In this document: positions 56,406 to 60,696 of the stretch, piece after piece
How positions within the stretch are numbered: position 1 is the stretch's first letter
Layout: each line of letters begins with the position of its first letter
NCBI GenBank assembly: GCA_964528735.1
Contig: CAZGUV010000002.1
Location: 23,202 to 83,897 of the forward strand
From: an uncultured Candidatus Saccharibacteria bacterium
Lineage (GTDB): Bacteria > Patescibacteriota > Minisyncoccia > Phycocordibacterales > UBA2100
Direction: 5' to 3'
Length of the DNA: 60,696 nucleotides
The notes under the pieces: generated by a model
Database searches by the model: none
What the model was told of the DNA's origin: nothing
The model's input: the letters and a program-made list of their open reading frames with translations, nothing else
Made by a program: the position numbers and the translations under genes

Positions 56406-56633
56406 TTAGACGAATTTGATGATGAACGCAACGACAAGCGCGAGAATACCAAGCGCTTCTGCGAAGGCAATCGCGAGAATCATGTTCGAAGCGATTTTTC
56501 CAGTAGCTTCTGGGTTTCGTCCGATCGATTCCATTGCGCCCTTACCAATGAGTCCTACACCGATAGCTGGGCCAAAGACTCCAAGTCCTGCTGCTATCGC
56601 CATTGCTATTAATTGTGCTGATTCTACTTCCAT
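56406..56633 (-). CDS. atpE: ATP synthase c subunit
   Basis: MEVESAQLIAMAIAAGLGVFGPAIGVG...AFAEALGILALVVAF hairpin with the carboxylate Glu. The track ORF is 5'-extended to 56798, into atpB. Confidence 0.9.
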   Translation of the reverse strand: MEVESAQLIAMAIAAGLGVFGPAIGVGLIGKGAMESIGRNPEATGKIASNMILAIAFAEALGILALVVAFIIKFV

Positions 56634-56709
56634 AAACTTTGTATTAACCTTATAATTTTCGCGCACTCTATCACAGAGACGCATGAGTACCAACGATACT
56701 TCGTTGAGA

Positions 56710-57549
56710 CTAATGCGCTTCCGTAGTAGCAAGCTTAATAAAGAACAATGTGAGCAATGTAAATATTGCTGCCTGTACAACACCAACAAACATCTCAAAC
56801 ATCATTATCGGTGCAGGCAGTATGTATGGCACAAAGTACGTAATAACAGTAATAAGTACCTGTCCTGCAAAAATATTTCCAAAAAGTCGAAAACTAAATG
56901 AGATTACACGAGCCATTTCACTGACAAACTCTATAATTCCAACGACGAACTTGATTGGAGATTCGAATGTAAAGAATTTGTGAAGATAGTGCCAAAAGCC
57001 GAGAGCCATAATACCTGCGGCCTCGATTACGACCACAACAATAAGTGTGAGCGCAAGGGTCATGTTTAGGTCAGTGTTCGTACCTCGCAAAAACGGAACC
57101 ATTCCGTCAGGACCTAAGAACTTCACTGAGTGGACTCCAGGTATAAACTCCGCAAGGTTGCATAGTGAAATGAAAAGAAAGACGGTCATCAATAATGGGA
57201 AAAATTTTCGTGCAGCTTTTGCATCTTCAAGGGTCTGTTCTATGAATGTATACCCGTAGTTAATAACCTCCTCAAAAAATAACTGAAGTTTGCCTGGCAC
57301 GAGAGTTATCTTTTTCCCAACCCATACTGCAAGAACTGAAAGTGCGAGAGACACTACGAGTGACGTGAGCAATGTGTTTGTGATTGGAACACCTGCAATG
57401 GTACCGAGCACCTCAGGAGATAGTTTTACGTGAATACCACTGCCATGATCTGCAGATTCGTGTGATTCTCCACCAATTCCTCCCACCTCAGCGTGCACTG
57501 ATTCATCAATTGTTTGTACCAAGTTTTCTTCGTGTGCCGGAATATTCAT
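56710..57549 (-). CDS. atpB: ATP synthase a subunit
   Basis: SFSFRLFGNIFAG with the conserved Arg; polytopic. Confidence 0.9.
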   Translation of the reverse strand: MNIPAHEENLVQTIDESVHAEVGGIGGESHESADHGSGIHVKLSPEVLGTIAGVPITNTLLTSLVVSLALSVLAVWVGKKITLVPGKLQLFFEEVINYGYTFIEQTLEDAKAARKFFPLLMTVFLFISLCNLAEFIPGVHSVKFLGPDGMVPFLRGTNTDLNMTLALTLIVVVVIEAAGIMALGFWHYLHKFFTFESPIKFVVGIIEFVSEMARVISFSFRLFGNIFAGQVLITVITYFVPYILPAPIMMFEMFVGVVQAAIFTLLTLFFIKLATTEAH

Positions 57550-57612
57550 AAAACGGCTTTACAATAGCACAGTTTGTAGAAAATGCGAGTACTCAAACTT
57601 TTAATATGTTGT

Positions 57613-58332
57613 CTAATTATGGCTCAATGAGCGCTCGTAATTATAAACATCGTCCGGTGTTGATATCTGCACCCAATCTTTTGCTTCTACGACGACTGTC
57701 TTCACCGAGTTCATACGCGCCACTATCGTCTGCGGAAGCCCAAACTCTTTACCCTCCTTTATTGCAACAGGAGGATAGTCAAAGATATCATCGGTAAGTA
57801 CATACAATGCTGTATTGACGAGTGATCCTGCAGGATGGTTGCCTTCAATGATTGACGTAAGTGTATTCGTCTCATCGACTGCAACTCTACCCCCTGAAAA
57901 GGGAACTTCAGATCGTTTGACTAAAATGACATTGCTCCCAGCCGCAAGTGCAGACTCAATATCGCGTTTACTGTGTATATCATCTGCCATCATTACGAGA
58001 AAAGTGCCCGTAACATACGGTTTGCACAAAAAAAGTGCGTGTCCCGTACCCTTCTGCTCCTCCTGAACAACATAAGTAATTTTTTTTCCATTCCAAGAGT
58101 CACCAAAATGTTCGATGATCATTTCTTTCAGATATCCCACGACAATGACTAGTTCTGTGATGTACTCGGGGAGAATTTGCAAATTTCTTTCTATAAGTGT
58201 AATGCCCCCTGCTTTCACCAGCGGTTTCGGAGTATGTTCAGTCAAAGGACGCATTCGCATCCCATTGCCTGCTGCGAGAATTACTGCTTGCATAGTAGAT
58301 TCGAATACTACAGAGATTGCAATTAAGGTCAA
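57613..58332 (-). CDS. Sugar-phosphate nucleotidyltransferase
   Basis: AVILAAGNGMRMRPLTEHTPKPL (GxGxR signature). The likely start is the Met at 58293. Confidence 0.7.
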   Translation of the reverse strand: MTLIAISVVFESTMQAVILAAGNGMRMRPLTEHTPKPLVKAGGITLIERNLQILPEYITELVIVVGYLKEMIIEHFGDSWNGKKITYVVQEEQKGTGHALFLCKPYVTGTFLVMMADDIHSKRDIESALAAGSNVILVKRSEVPFSGGRVAVDETNTLTSIIEGNHPAGSLVNTALYVLTDDIFDYPPVAIKEGKEFGLPQTIVARMNSVKTVVVEAKDWVQISTPDDVYNYERSLSHN

Positions 58333-58335
58333 GCA

Positions 58336-59736
58336 TTACCAGATGGTATGAAATACCCCATCTTTATCAAGCCGTCTGTATGTGTGCGCTCCAAAATAGT
58401 CACGCTGCGCTTGTGTAAGATTTGCTGGCAAACGCTCAGTTCTGTATGCGTCAAAGTACGCGAGTGCGCTGCTGAATGTAGGCACTGCTATATGCTGATC
58501 AATTGCAAGAGTAATAGTCCTTCTCCAGTCACCTTCGTATTCTTTCATGATGCTGGCGAAATAGTCATTAAGCAGAAGATTTTCAAGTTGAGGCATTTTC
58601 TTGAACGCATCTGAAATTGTATTGAGGAATTGCGCCCTAATTATGCAGCCCGCCCTCCAGATAAGTGCAATAGATGTTTGGTTGAGATTCCAGCCGTATT
58701 CCTTGTCAGCAGTTTTCATAAGATGAAACCCTTGCGCGTACGAACATATTTTCGAACACATCAATGACTTTCGTATTGACTCGATGGCCGATGCTTTATC
58801 AATTTGCAGCGGCTGGACCTTTGTTGAAAGTACTTGTGAAGCCTTCACACGTTCATCTTTGAGCGCACTGAGACATCTTGAAAAGACTGACTCGGCAATC
58901 GTTGGTGCCGGCACTCCCAAATCAAGTGCTATCTGAGAGGTCCATTTCCCAGTGCCCTTTTGTTCAGCAGAGTCGAGTATGACATCAACGAGTGGCTTGC
59001 CTGTCTCGTCATCAATTTTTCTTAGCACATGTGATGTGATTTCAATGAGATAACTCTTCAACTCACCTTCATTCCACTCTTTGAATACATCAGCAATTTC
59101 AAGTGCCGACATCGATAGTGCAGTGCTCATGATGGCGTAGCTCTCTGCGATCATCTGCATATCTCCATATTCAATACCGTTATGCACCATTTTCACGAAA
59201 TGACCTGCGCCTCCGTTACCAATCCAATCGCAACATGCGCTCCCATCATCTGCCTTTGCAGCGATTGCTGAAAGTATAGGCTTTAGTTCAGGCCACGCGC
59301 GCACATCACCACCAGGCATTATCGATGGACCCCACAGCGCTCCTTCTTCACCACCACTAACTCCAGAACCAACATACATAATCCCAGTGCCTTCGAAACT
59401 TTTTTGTCTTCGTTCGGTCTCGGTATGCAATGTATTTCCTCCATCTATAAGTATGTCTCCCGAAGAAAGAAGAGGACGGATTTGCTCAATAACTTCATCA
59501 GTCGGCGCGCCGGCTTTTACCATCATTAGTATCTTGCGTGGAGTCTGCAATGAATCAATAAATTCTGTAATACTTGATGTTCCGCGTGCAGCTGGGGTTG
59601 CAGCCTTATCGAGAAATAGTTTCACTTTCTCAGGGTCTCTGTTGTACCCAATAACCGAGAATCCATTTCGTAGAATATTCCGTGCAAGATTTTCACCCAT
59701 CACTGCCAAGCCAATAACTCCAATATCAGATTTCAT
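58336..59736 (-). CDS. gnd: 6-phosphogluconate dehydrogenase (decarboxylating)
   Basis: IGVIGLAVMGENLARN, and a C-terminal domain with QRDYFGAHTY. Confidence 0.9.
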   Translation of the reverse strand: MKSDIGVIGLAVMGENLARNILRNGFSVIGYNRDPEKVKLFLDKAATPAARGTSSITEFIDSLQTPRKILMMVKAGAPTDEVIEQIRPLLSSGDILIDGGNTLHTETERRQKSFEGTGIMYVGSGVSGGEEGALWGPSIMPGGDVRAWPELKPILSAIAAKADDGSACCDWIGNGGAGHFVKMVHNGIEYGDMQMIAESYAIMSTALSMSALEIADVFKEWNEGELKSYLIEITSHVLRKIDDETGKPLVDVILDSAEQKGTGKWTSQIALDLGVPAPTIAESVFSRCLSALKDERVKASQVLSTKVQPLQIDKASAIESIRKSLMCSKICSYAQGFHLMKTADKEYGWNLNQTSIALIWRAGCIIRAQFLNTISDAFKKMPQLENLLLNDYFASIMKEYEGDWRRTITLAIDQHIAVPTFSSALAYFDAYRTERLPANLTQAQRDYFGAHTYRRLDKDGVFHTIW

Positions 59737-59747
59737 ATCACACCATC

Positions 59748-60696
59748 TTACTCTTGAAATGGGTCAGTGTCAGGCTCATAGTGTATAAGTCCATTTTCGG
59801 CACGTTCCATAACTGAGAGGAAGGCGTCTGAAATTTTCCAAAGCAAACTCACCTCTCTTTTATCAACTGAGAACTTCGAGATACCATCAAGTGCAGATGA
59901 TAGGATTCGTGCATATTCCTCGACGTACTGAAACATTGGTTTGTGATTTGGACGGAAGTGATGAACATGCTGAGTCCCATCGGTATAGTTAAACTCCACA
60001 CACTCTGGATCAATCGAGACAATAATAGATGTGAGCTGTTTACCAGCATGAAGCGCAGTATCTTTCATGTAAAAAGTTATTGTCTTTTTTCGCTTGCCGA
60101 CGCGCTTGCCGCCACGAAGTACGAACGGTATTGAACCCCATCGCTGCTGAGGCATGAGTCCGGAAACATCAAATGCTGTCTCTACCTGCGAATCAGTTTT
60201 AACACCTTGAATGCTCTGATAGCCGGAGTACTGATAACGTTTTGCATACTGTGGTTTTGTGTTTACTTCAGCAAGCTGCTCTAAAAGCATGATTCGCGCG
60301 TCCTTCTCAGATGTTGCTCCTGTATATGCTGCGCATGAAATCGCAAGCATCTCGAGGAGGTGATTTTGACCAACGTCTCGAAACGCACCGACAGAATCGT
60401 AGAATGAGCCTCTTTTTTCTACACCAAGCGTTTCGCACAAATGGACTACTATGTGTGAGACATACGCACCTTGGAGGAGTTCGTGCACGTCTGTACTCGC
60501 TACAAGATAGCGCGGAATGCATTGCAGTGTCTCTTTCGTTAGGTAGTGCTCGATTCTCTGTATTTGTTCCTCTTTAAAGTGCTGACCAATAGATGCATTG
60601 AGTGACTCGCATGACACGAGGTCATGTCCAATCGGCTTTTCTATAAGAAACTTATTGTAATGAGCCTCTCTGTCGAGAAAGTTTGTATACTCGTGT
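59748..60696 (-). CDS. zwf: Glucose-6-phosphate dehydrogenase, 5'-partial (continues beyond the window)
   Basis: EKPIGHDL and RIEHYLTKE (variants of EKPFG and IDHYLGKE). The reading frame stays open to the window edge upstream of the track start at 60617. Confidence 0.85.
   Translation of the reverse strand, partial: HEYTNFLDREAHYNKFLIEKPIGHDLVSCESLNASIGQHFKEEQIQRIEHYLTKETLQCIPRYLVASTDVHELLQGAYVSHIVVHLCETLGVEKRGSFYDSVGAFRDVGQNHLLEMLAISCAAYTGATSEKDARIMLLEQLAEVNTKPQYAKRYQYSGYQSIQGVKTDSQVETAFDVSGLMPQQRWGSIPFVLRGGKRVGKRKKTITFYMKDTALHAGKQLTSIIVSIDPECVEFNYTDGTQHVHHFRPNHKPMFQYVEEYARILSSALDGISKFSVDKREVSLLWKISDAFLSVMERAENGLIHYEPDTDPFQE

Noticed and set aside
56634-56798. 5' extension of the atpE ORF (MRCLLVLYRQQYLHC...) overlapping atpB.
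   Set aside because: The c subunit begins at MEVESAQ (56633). The extension overlaps the atpB 3' end and has no homology-like features.

Overview
The window is a gene-dense segment of about 45% GC. Roughly 60 genes lie on the minus strand and only 4 on the plus strand. Content is mostly housekeeping: lexA-dinB, a PIF1-like helicase, a partial cell-wall cluster (mraY-ftsW-murG), six aminoacyl-tRNA synthetases (gltX, aspS, trpS, tyrS, leuS), scpAB, a split grpE/dnaK/dnaJ set, the infA-rpmJ-rpsM-rpsK-rpsD-rpoA-rplQ-rplM-rpsI block, a complete atpBEFHAGDC operon, and zwf-gnd. The protein families present (PaaX-like regulator, orphan type IV pilin, DUF5671-like membrane protein, sigma-region-4 plus HARE-HTH protein, shortened ATP synthase epsilon and delta subunits) suggest a small-genome Patescibacteria/CPR-type bacterium. 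That assignment is inference only. I saw no rRNA, tRNA, CRISPR array or obvious mobile element. The most interesting observations are: (1) a 1126-aa LeuRS with two complete hydrolase domains nested in its CP1 editing domain, one alpha/beta serine hydrolase with GxSxG and one Nudix domain with a perfect Nudix box; (2) a Val/Ile-rich micro-ORF with a 1:2 / 2:3 / 3:4 attenuator-like structure, followed by a ~55% GC islet that carries a structured leader and an 84-aa orphan ORF just upstream of tyrS; (3) an OlsA/OlsB-like acyltransferase pair packed against an orphan histidine kinase; (4) a self-contained arginine/aspartate-to-spermidine (carboxyspermidine route) gene cluster; (5) a three-gene PaaX-like/membrane cassette plus a lone pilin that split grpE from dnaK; (6) an RNHCP-type zinc-ribbon gene translationally coupled to atpC; (7) a ~68% GC RTX-repeat fragment at the window start that truncates dinB and is probably a chimeric junction. 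All calls rest on reading the sequence and ORF translations by eye. No database searches were run.
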